Source: Ginglymostoma cirratum (lineage: Eukaryota). From it: 64,000 nucleotides of DNA. The notes beneath the pieces were generated by a model. It made no database searches. It worked only from the letters and a program-made list of their open reading frames with translations, and was not told where the DNA came from. The position numbers were made by a program, and so were the translations under genes. Position 1 is the first letter of the stretch; each line of letters begins with the position of its first letter. The DNA is taken from the NCBI GenBank assembly GCA_024137785.1, contig JAHRHZ010000062.1, positions 34,222,207-34,286,206 of the forward strand, read 5' to 3'. Below are positions 1 through 12,773 of this stretch, piece by piece.

Positions 1-1336
1 TGGTTTTACCAAGCGCGAATTCAGGGTATGAGTAAAATAAATGTTGTGTAAAACTCTTGTTGTATTTGCAGTAAGTAAGCATTTAACAGATGTATCAGCC
101 TATTTACAGGGACACAGACGCAGGAACGGACCATTCAACTCCTGGGACTTGTTCTGCTTCTCAACTAGATCATGGCCGATCTGCAAATCTGCATTTTGTT
201 ATATCCCTTGATACACTTACCAGAGCACAAGCTGTGCCTCAGTTTTGAACACTCCAAATTCCAGCATTCCCATCAACTTTGAAGAAGGAGGTTCTAAATT
301 TCTGCTTTTGTGTGAGAAGTTCCAGATTTTGTTTTGTATGGTCCTATTTTCTGGTATTAAGGTTGATTTGGCCACCCAAAGGAACAGTATTTTCTCTATC
401 CTTTGAAAAATCTTTTTAATATATGAACAGCTCAATCACATGCGTCTTCAATCAGCTAGACTTGAGGGAAAACGCCATGCTTATGAAATCTGTTCTCATA
501 ATATAACCAACTAAGCCCTACTAATTTTTTTGCTATCTGACTTTAAAATAATCACGATTCCGATATTTAGAAATGCTGACAATTCACTGGCATGACTGTG
601 GAGCATAAAAAATCAATGCTCTGCAGTATACATTGTAGCAAAATGCAAAAATGGTGTTTTAATACCACAGTGCTCAAAATGGGTGGCTCAGACCTCTTGG
701 TATTTTGCAAACATTGTATTTCGTTTTGTATGTTGCAGAGTGTCAAATGTGCCAATGCATACTTGATACTACCATGTTTGCAGAGCTCAAATAAAGCACC
801 AATGTCTTAATCATCCATTTGTTCTTTGTTTCGGTAGCAAGGAATTTCCAGTTCATTTGCTAAAGCTTGAAACACGAGTTCTATTGAGATGGCCTAGAAC
901 AATGTTGAAACATTGTTATAGTTGAGGATTTCTTCATGTACTTTGTCCTTGCAACCACAGTAGAGAGAGCTTCTGTAAGAATGCCAAGTCTCCTCTAAAT
1001 TGAAACCTGTGCTTTTTGTGTGCTATGTGGTGCAGAGCCACCCATTACATACGAATTCTGGCAAAATACTGTGTGGACACCAATTACATTCTGGATTAAA
1101 GGATGTCATTCTACAGTATAAATACAAATAATATCAGCCCGTTATATCCATATTTGTAACTAAGGTTATATGCAGAATAAGTAAAGAATTAAAGCAGTAC
1201 AGACTTAACTTAAACTGTTTGAGTCCAGAATCATCATAGTTCTCCTTTGAGTTTTGAGCATGTAATATGGGATGTAATGTCAGTGCTTTCCTCTTAACTT
1301 TTCCATGTGACATAAACAGTGGGAACAAACCGACCA

Positions 1337-2048
1337 GAGATAAAAGGTACTGCAGATGCTGGAGAATCCGAGATAACAAGCATGGGGCTGGATGAACACA
1401 GCAGGNNNNNNNNNNNNNNNNNNNNNNNNNNNNNNNNNNNNNNNNNNNNNNNNNNNNNNNNNNNNNNNNNNNNNNNNNNNNNNNNNNNNNNNNNNNNNNN
1501 NNNNNNNNNNNNNNNNNNNNNNNNNNNNNNNNNNNNNNNNNNNNNNNNNNNNNNNNNNNNNNNNNNNNNNNNNNNNNNNNNNNNNNNNNNNNNNNNNNNN
1601 NNNNNNNNNNNNNNNNNNNNNNNNNNNNNNNNNNNNNNNNNNNNNNNNNNNNNNNNNNNNNNNNNNNNNNNNNNNNNNNNNNNNNNNNNNNNNNNNNNNN
1701 NNNNNNNNNNNNNNNNNNNNNNNNNNNNNNNNNNNNNNNNNNNNNNNNNNNNNNNNNNNNNNNNNNNNNNNNNNNNNNNNNNNNNNNNNNNNNNNNNNNN
1801 NNNNNCACCCCTACCTACACTCACCTTTACTGGCTCCATCCCCGCCTCTTCGACTTGTCTGCCTCCTCTCCACCTATCCTCTCCTCTATCCATCCTCTAT
1901 CTGCCTCCCCCTCTCTCCCTATTTATTTCAGAACCCTCTTCCCCTCCCCCATCTCTGAAGAAGGGTTTAGGCCCGAAACGTCAAGTTTTCCTGCTCCTAT
2001 GATGCTGCTTGACCTGCTGTGTTCATCCAGCCCCGTGCTTGTTATCTT
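1337..2048. mobile_element. Penelope-like element (family A) with inverted terminal repeats, spanning the gap
   Basis: The left end is the reverse complement of the right end (ctggatgaacacagcagg / cctgctgtgttcatccag). 15-bp TSD GGAACAAACCGACCA at 1322-1336 and 2049-2063. Hammerhead-like motif at 1955-1982. Confidence 0.85.
1406..1805. other. Assembly gap (400 N)
   Basis: Run of N inside a Penelope-like element. Confidence 1.
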
Positions 2049-3345
2049 GGAACAAACCGACCACTTGGCTATTCCCTAATGGTATGATATGTCCGCGATT
2101 TTGATGTTGAAGGTGGTGCAGTATGCAATTGAATTCTTCTCAATAGTAAGTGCGATTGAGAGATTAGTTTCTAACACTGAAGTATATAAGGCGAGAAGAG
2201 TACTCTGCTGCTTCACGGGGTCCATTTGTTTAATACATGCTAGTAGCATCTAAGGTTGCGTCAGTTCCAGCTTTTGTGTATTGGCCATTTTTGTTGGAAT
2301 AAATTTCCTTGTGGTTCAACAATCGGAAATTTTGCCTGCATCTCCCGTTTTTGTAGTAGTACTGAACGTCCATCTCTAGTTCCAAAGGAATTGGTTGTCG
2401 GTTCTCATTCTTGTATGGTTATTTTCAAGCGTTCCTTCCATTCAGGCTAAATCACAATTGGTTCACATGTGACAATATCATCCTCTTGTTTGAAAAGGAA
2501 CAAGGAGTCAACTGGTTGTTATCCCTAGCCTACTACTGGAGAAGGATTTGGAAAATATCATAAGGAATAACATAAGGGAGTACCTTGAGCATGAGATAAC
2601 TAGAGGATCAGCATGGTTTTTGGAAAAAAGGTCATGTCTGTCTTATTGCGTCTGTTTGGGGAAGAGGTAGCTGATGTTATTTACCAAGATTTCAAAAAGG
2701 CATTTGACACATTCCAACGTAATAGGTTTGAGCCTGAGAGATAGATAGCCGTGTTCTAAAATAGATTCCAATGGTAGCTCCAATCTTCCCAGGCTGCAGT
2801 TTTTGACAGCAGCAGATAGCATTTTGGAATGCATTGCAAAGGGTATAAATCCTAAGAAATCATGTCATAAAGCCATTTAACCCTCAAGACTGCATTGGAA
2901 GTAATTAATGCAAATTTACTGCTTGGAGTATTGAGTTATTTGAGGGTCTATTTAGTTGATCTTTCAATGTAAGGGGATAATTTGAGGATAGTTTAATACC
3001 CTGTGTCTTTCTTCAGAAGACTGAGGAAAATATGGTAGACCTTTTTTAAAAAAATGGCTTGGATGACTTTGAAGGACAAGTCGTTTTTATACATATTTGC
3101 AAATGAAATTTTAAGAGAAAAATGAAATTCAAGATTAGGCATCTTTTAAGTGATAATTATGTGTAGCCAATAATTGGAATTATTGGTCAAACACATTTTA
3201 GTATCAGGAAGATTCTAAGATGGCTCTCATCATTAAAAGAGACTCCAGTTTACCTGTATATCAAAGAGAAAATGGCATCCTCCACAGAGGAACGAGGTCA
3301 GAAGATTTGAGGAAATAAAAGTCCTTAAAATGATCTGGAGCAATT

Positions 3346-4192
3346 AGAGTCATAGAGATGTATAGCATGAAAACAAACTCTTCAGTTCAACTCATCCGTG
3401 CCAACCGGATATCCTGAATAAGCCTAGGCCCATTTGGCCCATTATCCTCCAAACTCTTCCTAATCATATACCCATCCAGATGCCTTTAAATGTTGTAATT
3501 GTGCCAGCCTCCTTCACTTCCTCTGGCAGTTCATTCCATTCACACACCACCCTCTGCATGAAAATGTTGTCCAATAGGTCCCCTTTAAATATTTTCCTTA
3601 AACCCATAATCCTTATCACCTTAAACCCATGCCCTCTAGTTTTGGACTCCCTATCCTGGGGAAAAGACCTTGACTATTCATCCTATCCATGCCCCTCATG
3701 ATTTATAACCTTCTTTCAGGTCACCCCTCAGCCCCTGATGCTCTAGGGCAAATAGCCCCAGCCTATTCTGCCTCTCCTGTAGTTCAAATCTTTCAACCCT
3801 GGCAACGTGCTCATAAATTTTTCTGAACCCATTCAGATTTAGCAACATCCTTACTATAGCAAGGAGAGCAGAACTGAATGCAGTATTCCAGAAGTGGCCT
3901 AACCAATGCCCTGTACAGCTGCAACACGACCTCTCAACTCCTATATTCAATGTGCTGACCAATAAACGCAAGCATACCAAACACCCTCTTTACTACCCTG
4001 TCTACCTGCAACTCCACTTTCAAGGAACTAGGAACCTGCACTCCCAAGGTCCCTTTGTTTAGCAACACTCCCCAGGACCTTATTATTCAGTGTACATGTC
4101 CTGCCCCGATTTGCCTTTCCAAAATGCAGCTGCGCGCATTTGTCTAGATTAAACTCCATCTGCCACTCATCAGCCTATCTGATCAAGGTCCT
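3346..4192 (-). mobile_element. CR1-type LINE 3' fragment
   Basis: Minus-strand RLGLFALEHQGLRGDL and related remnants; typical CR1 3' UTR at the left end. Confidence 0.85.
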
Positions 4193-5272
4193 GTTAGTTT
4201 TTTCAAAATTTAAATACATCAGGGAATATTTTCTTTAAACTGCTAATGCAGCTCAAAATGGATTCATCACAAAAAAGCATTTTTAATTACTTTGCTATTT
4301 AACACCATTTGAAATTTTTGGAAGTAACTTAAACGTGCAGACCCATTGCTTATCTATTTTGGTGTACAGTAGGTGGTCTCTTAGTAACTTGCATTCAAAA
4401 ACCTTTTAAGGTATATACATTGTTATCTTTGTGCCAAAAAGAACCAGTTTAATTTTTAGAGCTTTGTCAAAGTCCAGTAAAGGAATGCACTTGGCAGAAG
4501 CACGTGCTGATAGTTCACCCTAAAGATATGTCCGCTTTTATGGTTGGGATGACTTCTAGAGGGAGTTTTTTTTTTGAACTGGTGCAAAAGATCGCAGAAA
4601 CTCAGTTTGTAGTCCTAGTTGTTTATTTGTGTAGGTAATACTGATTTTTGGTAGAATCGTATTGAGGGATAAAAAGCAAAAATCTGGTGGAAAAACTCTA
4701 CCCCAAGATGCTTAGACTACTTATAGGGACACCAGTGTTTTCCTGTAAGAGACTTGCTGCATTATGTGGTGCTGTGGGGAGACCTGTGCTCTGCCCCTGG
4801 TTGACCACTTAGTGCCCGGGTTGCACAGGCCTGTCCTACGAGCACTGCCGCCATCCACCTCAAACTGTTGGCAGCGTTAGCATGGTGGTGCTGGAGGCAA
4901 CAGGTGAACAGGCATTGATCAGACTTTGAGACAGAATGATGCCATCATCAAACAACCAGAGAATGTTGCCACTTGCTTGGCTTTGAAGCCCTAGCCCAAG
5001 GATCAAGTGCAGAAATGCCTGAAGAAACTGTTGAAATGAATGAGGATGAAAGAACCATCATGATCAAACTGCACAGAACCATGTTACTCTCTCTGCACTA
5101 TTACACATAACCAATTGAGCCTGATTGATTTTGGACTTGACCTGCAGTCGACCTTGCCTAAAACTAGGTGAAATGTGTTAAAAGCTGGATCACATAAGAA
5201 GGGTCTGAATTTGTGACTGCTAGAATATTTCCTTGTATTGCATATGATTTTGTTTTGGCACAAAATTCAACT

Positions 5273-5345
5273 CACCCCAGACAGGACTTTAACCCACCAT
5301 CCCTGGCTTAGGAGGCTAGTGCCTTATCCATTAGGTCACTGGGGC
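5273..5345 (-). pseudogene. tRNA-Arg(CCT) pseudogene
   Basis: The reverse complement, GCCCCAGTGACCTAATGGATAAGGCACTAGCCTCCTAAGCCAGGGATGGTGGGTTAAAGTCCTGTCTGGGGTG (73 nt), closely resembles vertebrate tRNA-Arg-CCT. The T-loop GTTCGA is mutated to GTTAAA and stems carry mismatches. Confidence 0.88.
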
Positions 5346-5391
5346 TGGTCAGTTTTGTCACAGATTTTGCTACAAATCATGCCACTTCTGA

Positions 5392-5580
<189 letters not shown>

Positions 5581-7637
5581 TGATGTAAGCATGTCTGAGA
5601 GTTAAAGATGTTTTCCATTAAGTGTTAGAAACTAGTGAGAAATTATAAATAATTGTTTAAATCAATTTCATTTTGAGCAACATTTTCATTAACAATGTTT
5701 ATTAACATGTCTACATGTGAATCAAAACCATTCTATATCAGTAATAAAGTTGTAATATATGGTAATGTTAGTATCTCTCAAATCCTGATTTCCTTTTGAG
5801 TAAATGACTTTTACCTAATAAATTGGTATATTTCCTTTTAAAAATTTCTCGTAGAATACTATGCTGAGCCACAGTTCGAGTTTATTCTACATTGAGCAAA
5901 AACAATCTCAAATAATTGAGATGTTAAACATTGAGTTTGTAGAGAAGTGAATCAAAGTAATGCAGATTAATCATTTTGTGGTACATGGAATATTTTAATA
6001 TCCAATAATTGGCGAATGTGTAGAAAAGTGTAAATTGCAAATTAGATTGATGTAATCTTAAAACATTTACTAGTTTACTGGACATGAGAAATACGGTAGC
6101 TAATAAGAAATCTGCTTCTTTTCAGAAAATATGCAAGTGAAAATGACCACTTCCCTGCAGATTACTGAAATGTTAATCATGAACCTGCACATAAAGGAAA
6201 TTTTAAAAAATATTCCATTTTGAATATCATAAACTGCTAGACATGTCACTGATTGGCTTTATAAACTTCAGGTCATTATGATAGAATTGTCTGGTTTAGT
6301 TCATTTACTTTTGAATCAAGATCATAAATGCTTAAGAGTTTAGAAACACCTGTTACAAATACTCGAAAGGTAGGATTCTACACTTATACAACATAGCTTT
6401 AAATTTATTGAGTGTTCAGAGCATTTGTAATAGCTGTACACTTATTTGGGTATGTGGCAAAGTGAAAACATCAACGAGGATTCAATATTTTAAGTTCCTG
6501 TCACCTGATCGCCTTTGTATGATGATGGTAATTAATCATTACAAGGATTGCAGATTGTCTGTAACTTGTTTCATACTATCAATAACTCATAGGAAATGAT
6601 GTAACTTGCAACAATTTTGAATACATCTCCTACTGAGTAAAACAATCAGCAAACCACCCTATATTCAATCCTTGAATTCTTTATAATGATGCACACAGAT
6701 CCTATTAATCCCTGTAACTGATGGAAGCAATATTGATGAAACCATTGTATTCCATTGTAGTATTTGTGTATACACTACACGTTGAATAGATTGTAACTGT
6801 TGTAATCAATTTGTCACAGAATAACTATGAAATGGTTCAAACTAAAACATTGATTGTGAGTGATTAAACTATTGTCAAGTACTAATTGGATGAAATTTGC
6901 ACTCATTATAGCAAGTCTTAAATATAAAATCTGTATTTTCTCAGTTTTTAACTTGTCACTCTTGCTGAACTTTGATAGAATATACAGTACAGAATATTCA
7001 GACCACCCAATCTATACTGGTGTTTATGCTGCACTTGAGCTGCCTCTATCTTTCCACATTTAGCTCCAATTGGAATAATACTCTATTCCATTTTCCTTCA
7101 CATGCTTACCTCACCTTGCTTAAAGATATCTGACTAAAAACACCCTATGGTAACGTATTTGGCAATCTTGCTTCTCTCCTGATAAAGACTTTTTCTTCTG
7201 AATGCCCTGTTTAATGTCGCAGTGACTTTGTCTCTGGTTTTCCTCTTCCCTAAAAAGAAACTTGTCCTCTCTGTATCTAATCTGTCAAAGCATTTCAGAA
7301 TTTTAAATACCTCTGTTAGATCACCTCACTGACTTTTAGGTTTAATGCATAGAGGCTGGGTCTATTTTCTCATGTCTGTGCACTTTTGGAATGAATCTTG
7401 TAAATTACCAGAGCTGCAAGCAGTACTCCAGTTGTAGGCTAACCCTAAGCCTGGCATAATTTTTAATTCAATCCATCTCGAAATAACCCTCCTGGGTTTG
7501 TTTTTGTTGTGAAATTATCGATCTTAATCAGATCTTGAACTAGTAGGTCCCCTACCCCGTTTAGATTCTTATTTTACGATTCATGTATAACTAATTTTAA
7601 TCAAAATGTTGATAATTATTTGATAGATACATGTTCA

Positions 7638-9267
7638 GGTTGGTTGGCTCACCGAGCTGGTTGTTCCGCAGGCGTTTCGTTAGCGTGCTTGGTAACATGC
7701 TCAGTGCAGCCTCTGATGAAGCGTCGGTGTGTTTTTCTGCCTGGCTTTTAATCTCTGGGGTCCGTTGTGATGGATTGCCTCACTTCCGGGTTTCCTCTGC
7801 AGTGGAATATATATGGGGTCGAGTTCAATGTGTTTATTAATAGCTTGCTTCGTGGAGTGCCATGCTTGCAGGAATTCTCGTGCTTGTCTCTGCCTAGCCT
7901 GTCCCAGGATCTTAGTGTTGTCCCAGTCGAAGTCGTGGTTCTCCTTGTCCATGTGGATTGAGATGAGTGAGTATTGGTCGTGTCTTTTTGTAACCAGTTA
8001 ATATTCATGTACTCTTGTTAGTTTCCTTCCTGTTCGTCCGATGTAGTGTTTAAGACCATAAGAGTGGAAGTAAGGCCATTCAGCCCATCGAGTCCACTCC
8101 GCCATTTAATCATGGCTGATGGGCATTTCAACTCCACTTACCCGCACTCTTCCCGTAGCCCTTGATTCCTTGCGAGATCAAGAATTTATCAATCTCTGCC
8201 TTGAAGACATTTAACGTCCCGGCCTCCACTGCGCTCCGTGGCAATGAATTCCACAGGCCCACCACTCTCTGGTTGAAGAAATGTCTCCTCATTTCCGTTC
8301 TAAATTGACCCCCTCTAATTTGAAGGCTGTGCCCACAGGTCCTAGTCTCCCTGCCTAATGGAAACAACTTGCCAGCGTCCACCGTTTCTATTAGATCTCC
8401 CCATAACCTTCTAAACTCTAATGAATACAATCCCAGGATCCTCAGCCGTTCATTGTATGTTAGACCTACCATTCCAGGGATCATCCGTGTGAATCTCCGC
8501 TGGACACGCTCCAGTGCCAGTATGTCCTTCCTGAGGTGTGGGACCCAAAATTGGACACAGTATTCTAAATGGGGCCTAACTATTGCTTTATAAAGTCTCA
8601 GAAGCACATCGCTGCTTTTATATTCCAACCTTCTTGAGATAAACGACAACATTACATTCGCTTTCTTAATCACAGACTCAACCTGCAAGGTAACCTTCAG
8701 AGAATCCTGGACTAGCACTCCCAGATCCCTTTGTACTTCGGCTTTATGAATTTTCTCACTGTTCAGAAAATAGTCCATGCCTGTATTCTTTTTTTCCAAA
8801 GTGCAAGACCTCGCATTTGCTCCCGTTGAATTTCATCAGCCATTTCCTGGACCACTCTCCTAAACTGTCTAAATCATTCTGCAGCCTCCCCACCTCCTCC
8901 GTACTACCTGCCTGTCCACCTAACTTCGTATCATTGGCAAACTTCACCAGAATGCCCCCAGTCCCTTCATCCAGGTCATTAATATATAAAGTGAACAGTT
9001 TCTCGCAGTCTCTGCAGGGGATATTGTAGATGACCATGGTCCTGTCCATGGCGGGGAGTGGGTCTTTAGTTCGGGTGAGCACTTGTCACAGGGTTGTCCC
9101 AGAGTTTAAAAGCCAGGCAGGAAGACACACCGATGCTTCATCAGAGGCTGCACGGAGGATGTTACCAAACCTGGTAACGAAACATCAGCGAAACAACAAA
9201 CCAGCTTGGCGAGCCAACCAACCTCAACACCCACAACCTGTGCTACAAATCTACTCCAAAACCTTAG
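7638..9267 (-). mobile_element. Penelope-like element (family B): GIY-YIG endonuclease remnant with inverted pLTRs, interrupted by a CR1
   Basis: Minus-strand VIYNIPCRDCEK / HYIGRTGRKL...FDWDNTKILGQ...AINKHIELDPIYIPL. Inverted repeats at ~7638-7750 and ~9106-9222. 13-bp TSD AGATACATGTTCA at 7625-7637 and 9268-9280. Confidence 0.88.
8052..8997 (-). mobile_element. 5'-truncated CR1-type LINE (RT C-terminus and 3' tail)
   Basis: LFTLYINDLDEG...KFANDTKLGG, RDLGVLVQDSLK, RPHLEYCVQFW, LERVQRRFTRMIPG; one frameshift near 8790. Confidence 0.93.
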
Positions 9268-12175
9268 AGATACATGTTCATTTTGTACATTTATTGAAGC
9301 CTCATTTGTAATTTATTCAGTCTCCTCAGTGGTAATCATCTCTTCCGTTTATTGTCAACATTTTTAGAAATTTGATTCCAAAAAGTCTGAGTTGTTAACA
9401 GAAATAATGGTCCCAGTATTGACCCTTGTATATCCCACTTCCAACTGTTACCATTGTAACTAGCTATCCTTACCCTTTTTGCTTTTGACCTTGTAGCCAG
9501 CTAGCTGTAATTTCAATGTGTTGACCACTTCAGAGATATAACTTAGGTAAATTTAATGACTTTCATGCCTGAGTCATAGCACTCCTGATTGTCTGATCAT
9601 TTGAAGTAATGCAAGGGTCTTCCCGCTGAATGTAGCAGAGACTTGTATCCCATGTGTTATTTTATTTTTCAATGACCTAGAGTGGACGTTCCCTGTTGGG
9701 AGAACATGTTGAGAGTCCAACATCCACATCCTTTCTAAGGTGAAAATATAAACTTACTTGTAAGACTGGCTGTGAAATTAGCAAACTGACTTTATCTTTT
9801 CTATTGCATCTAACTTTGGAGTGGAAAACACTTACACAGCTGTCCCCCTACGATTCAAAAAATCAAATTATATTTTACAAAGTCCTGCAATTAGTTTCAT
9901 AACCAGATTACCCCAGGTCACGTTACATGTTATTATCACCAATAGTTTTGACAGTGACTGTCTTAGTAATAGAAGCAGGAGTAGGTCATTCAGACTGCAG
10001 GGCCTCATCTTATATCCACTTAGGTCTTGGCTGATTTGTAAGTCACCTCCATCTTTGCTCCATATTCTTGTTTTTTGCCTGCAAATATCTGACAATCTCT
10101 CTTAAAACTTGCAATTAACCCTATATCTGCAGTCAGTTAGGGGGAGAGTTCCAAGTTTCCTTTAATGGGCCCCATTAAACTTTTAATTTCTGGTCTTGAT
10201 ATGTTTTAATATGAATATACAAAACCATCATTGGAAAGTTAGCAGCTTTGCTTTATATTTCCAAGTAAACCTTATCCATTAAAGCATGCATACCTATGTA
10301 AATTGAATAGCACGTACTTTTCTTGACATGGATGATTTACAGTCACGGATTTTATATGTTGGTGGTGACATGGTTCTCTGCTTTAATGCTTTACAAGTTA
10401 TAACTTACACAATAGGATGAAATTAATATTTTCAAAACACAGAAGTCATCAAGCCACAACAAAATTATACCCATGTCCATTTTGCTGCCAAAAAATTTGG
10501 TAGAAACAACTATTTCCCATATGATTAAACAAATAGGGTGTTTCAAATAAATGTGGGATCAATATTTTAAAGATTGAAAAGGTAATTTAAGTTACGGTAA
10601 CATATCCATCGCACACAATAGTGTAACTTAATTCAATTGTAGAGCACCAAGTATTAGATTGGAAAATAAAATGTAGCAACAACATTGTGCACTGGAAGGT
10701 GGAGGAAGAAAAGCTACTTAGTTTCAACCTTTGAATACCTCAGTGGACATGAGTACCTCTATTGGACACTCCATCTAAACAAATTAAATCTAAAACATGT
10801 ATGGCAGCACACAACACATGTTCAGGAGAAGCAAGGTAAGAATTATATGTTAAAAATATAGAGCAATAAAACAGTTACTTTATGGGATTGAAATTGAATG
10901 CTTTATAAAAAAAAAACTTCCTTCAGTAATTTAAAAATAACGTTATCTTTAAAATGATTCTGAACAGTATTTTATTACTCCCAAGCACAGTTTTCTTCTA
11001 TAATTTTAGCAGTCTGTTCATTGAGTGGAAAATGTTTATGTAAATTTTCATTTTAAAGTGATTTAGATTCAGAATGGAATATTTTAATTTGATGCTTCAA
11101 TATTAAATGTTCAAATCCACATTTTATCTACATGAGGTTTAAAGTTACCTTCTCCAATCCTGTTATCTTTAGGATGTTCAAAATAATTAACATGATGATT
11201 TTCCCCACAGTTCATGAAGAACTTTGATATTGATACTGCTCCCTCGATTATTAGTAAGCCAGTAAACGTGTGAGTGAGTGTAAATTTATTGTGACTTTTC
11301 TTTATTAATTAGCAAAAGAACAAAGTGCTAAATGTTTATATAACAGCGATAGTACAAATCTTGTCTGAATGGCCCGGCTCCAGTTTTGAACTTCTTCCTT
11401 TTTTGGGATGCCCCACCAGACGACACAGTTTCATATCCTACCTCCATATTAAATCTTTTCGTTACTCTAAGCACCACAATTAGATCCTGTGTTGTGTTAT
11501 AACCAAATGAAATAGAAGTTTTATCAATGAAACCTGTTTTCGTAGTTTAGCTCTTTAACTTCAGTACCATCATGGTGAATTTATGCTGCATGCATCTCTA
11601 TGGCAAACATTTTCCCTTGTGTAATACCCAGATCTGAGCACTTCACTGAGTTAAAATTTGTGTAAGTTCACTACTGCTTGGATTCAAATTGGAAGTTAGC
11701 TTCCTAATGTTTTGTTTTAGTTGCAACTAAAACTACAGACGAACTTTCAATTGTGTCTGTAAATGTAATTATATTTTCATTGCCATACACCCATATTAGT
11801 TTGATTTGTCGATGTTCGAAGCTAAATTGTAATGTTTAGGCGAGTTGTGTGCAGCAAAATGGCAAAAAGTAATAATTAAGATTGCTAACTGGTTAGCATT
11901 TTCATTAAATTTTTAAGCCGATTAGTATTTTTTGGGGCTGACTTCTGTATTTTTATCATGGTGCAGAACTGTTTTTATTATCCAATTGTGCTGTGTCAAA
12001 ATATGTTGCACACAATAAACTGAACAACTGGTTCTCTGCTTTATTCTGTATAAAAATGTTCATGTGGCTAGTCCTTGCTGGCAGTTGTTATTGTGTCTCG
12101 GTTTGAGAAAACTGAGTGCAGTTGCCCATTGCTAGCTTTTTGACACCTGTCTATGCTCATTTTTCAAATAGACAA

Positions 12176-12773
12176 GAGTCAGAGTCATACAGCACAGAAA
12201 CAGATCCTTCAGTCCAACTAGTCCATGCTGACGATAATTCCAAACTAAACTAATCCCACCTGCCTGCTCCTGGCCCATATCCCTCCAAATCTATCTTATC
12301 CATGTAGTTATCCAAATGTCTGTTAAACGTTGTAATTGAACCTGCATCCACCTTTTCCTCTAAGTTTATTTCACATGTGACCCATCCTCTGTTTAAAAAA
12401 AAACTGTCTCATATCTTTTCTAAATCTCTCTCCTCTGACCTTAAAAAATCCCCCCCCAACCCCTGTCTTTAAACACACCATCCTCGTGAAAAGACAACTG
12501 CCATTATCTCTATCTACACCTCTCATTATTTTACAAACTTCTATCAGGCTGCCTATCCACCTCCTACACTCCAGAGGAAAAAAGTCTCAGCCTATCCAGC
12601 CTCTCTTTATAACTCAAACCTTCCACACCCGTCAACATCCTGGTAAATCTCTTCCGAACCCTCTCCAGCTTGATGATATCTTTCCTATAACTGGGTGACC
12701 ACAATTGGAGACAGTATTCCAGAAGTCTCACCAGTGTCCTGTACAACTTCATTATGACTTCCTAACTCCTCTA
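12176..12773 (-). mobile_element. CR1-type LINE 3' fragment
   Basis: KLYRTLVRLLEYCLQLWSPSYRKDIIKLERVRKRFTRMLTG; same 3' end type as the copy at 3346. Confidence 0.88.

Noticed and set aside
1134-2002. Long ORFs of 188-227 aa in the ORF track
   Set aside because: Artefacts of translating through the 400-N gap.
8128-8799. 223-aa minus-strand ORF
   Set aside because: Fragment of CR1 ORF2; 5'-truncated and frameshifted, not a host gene.
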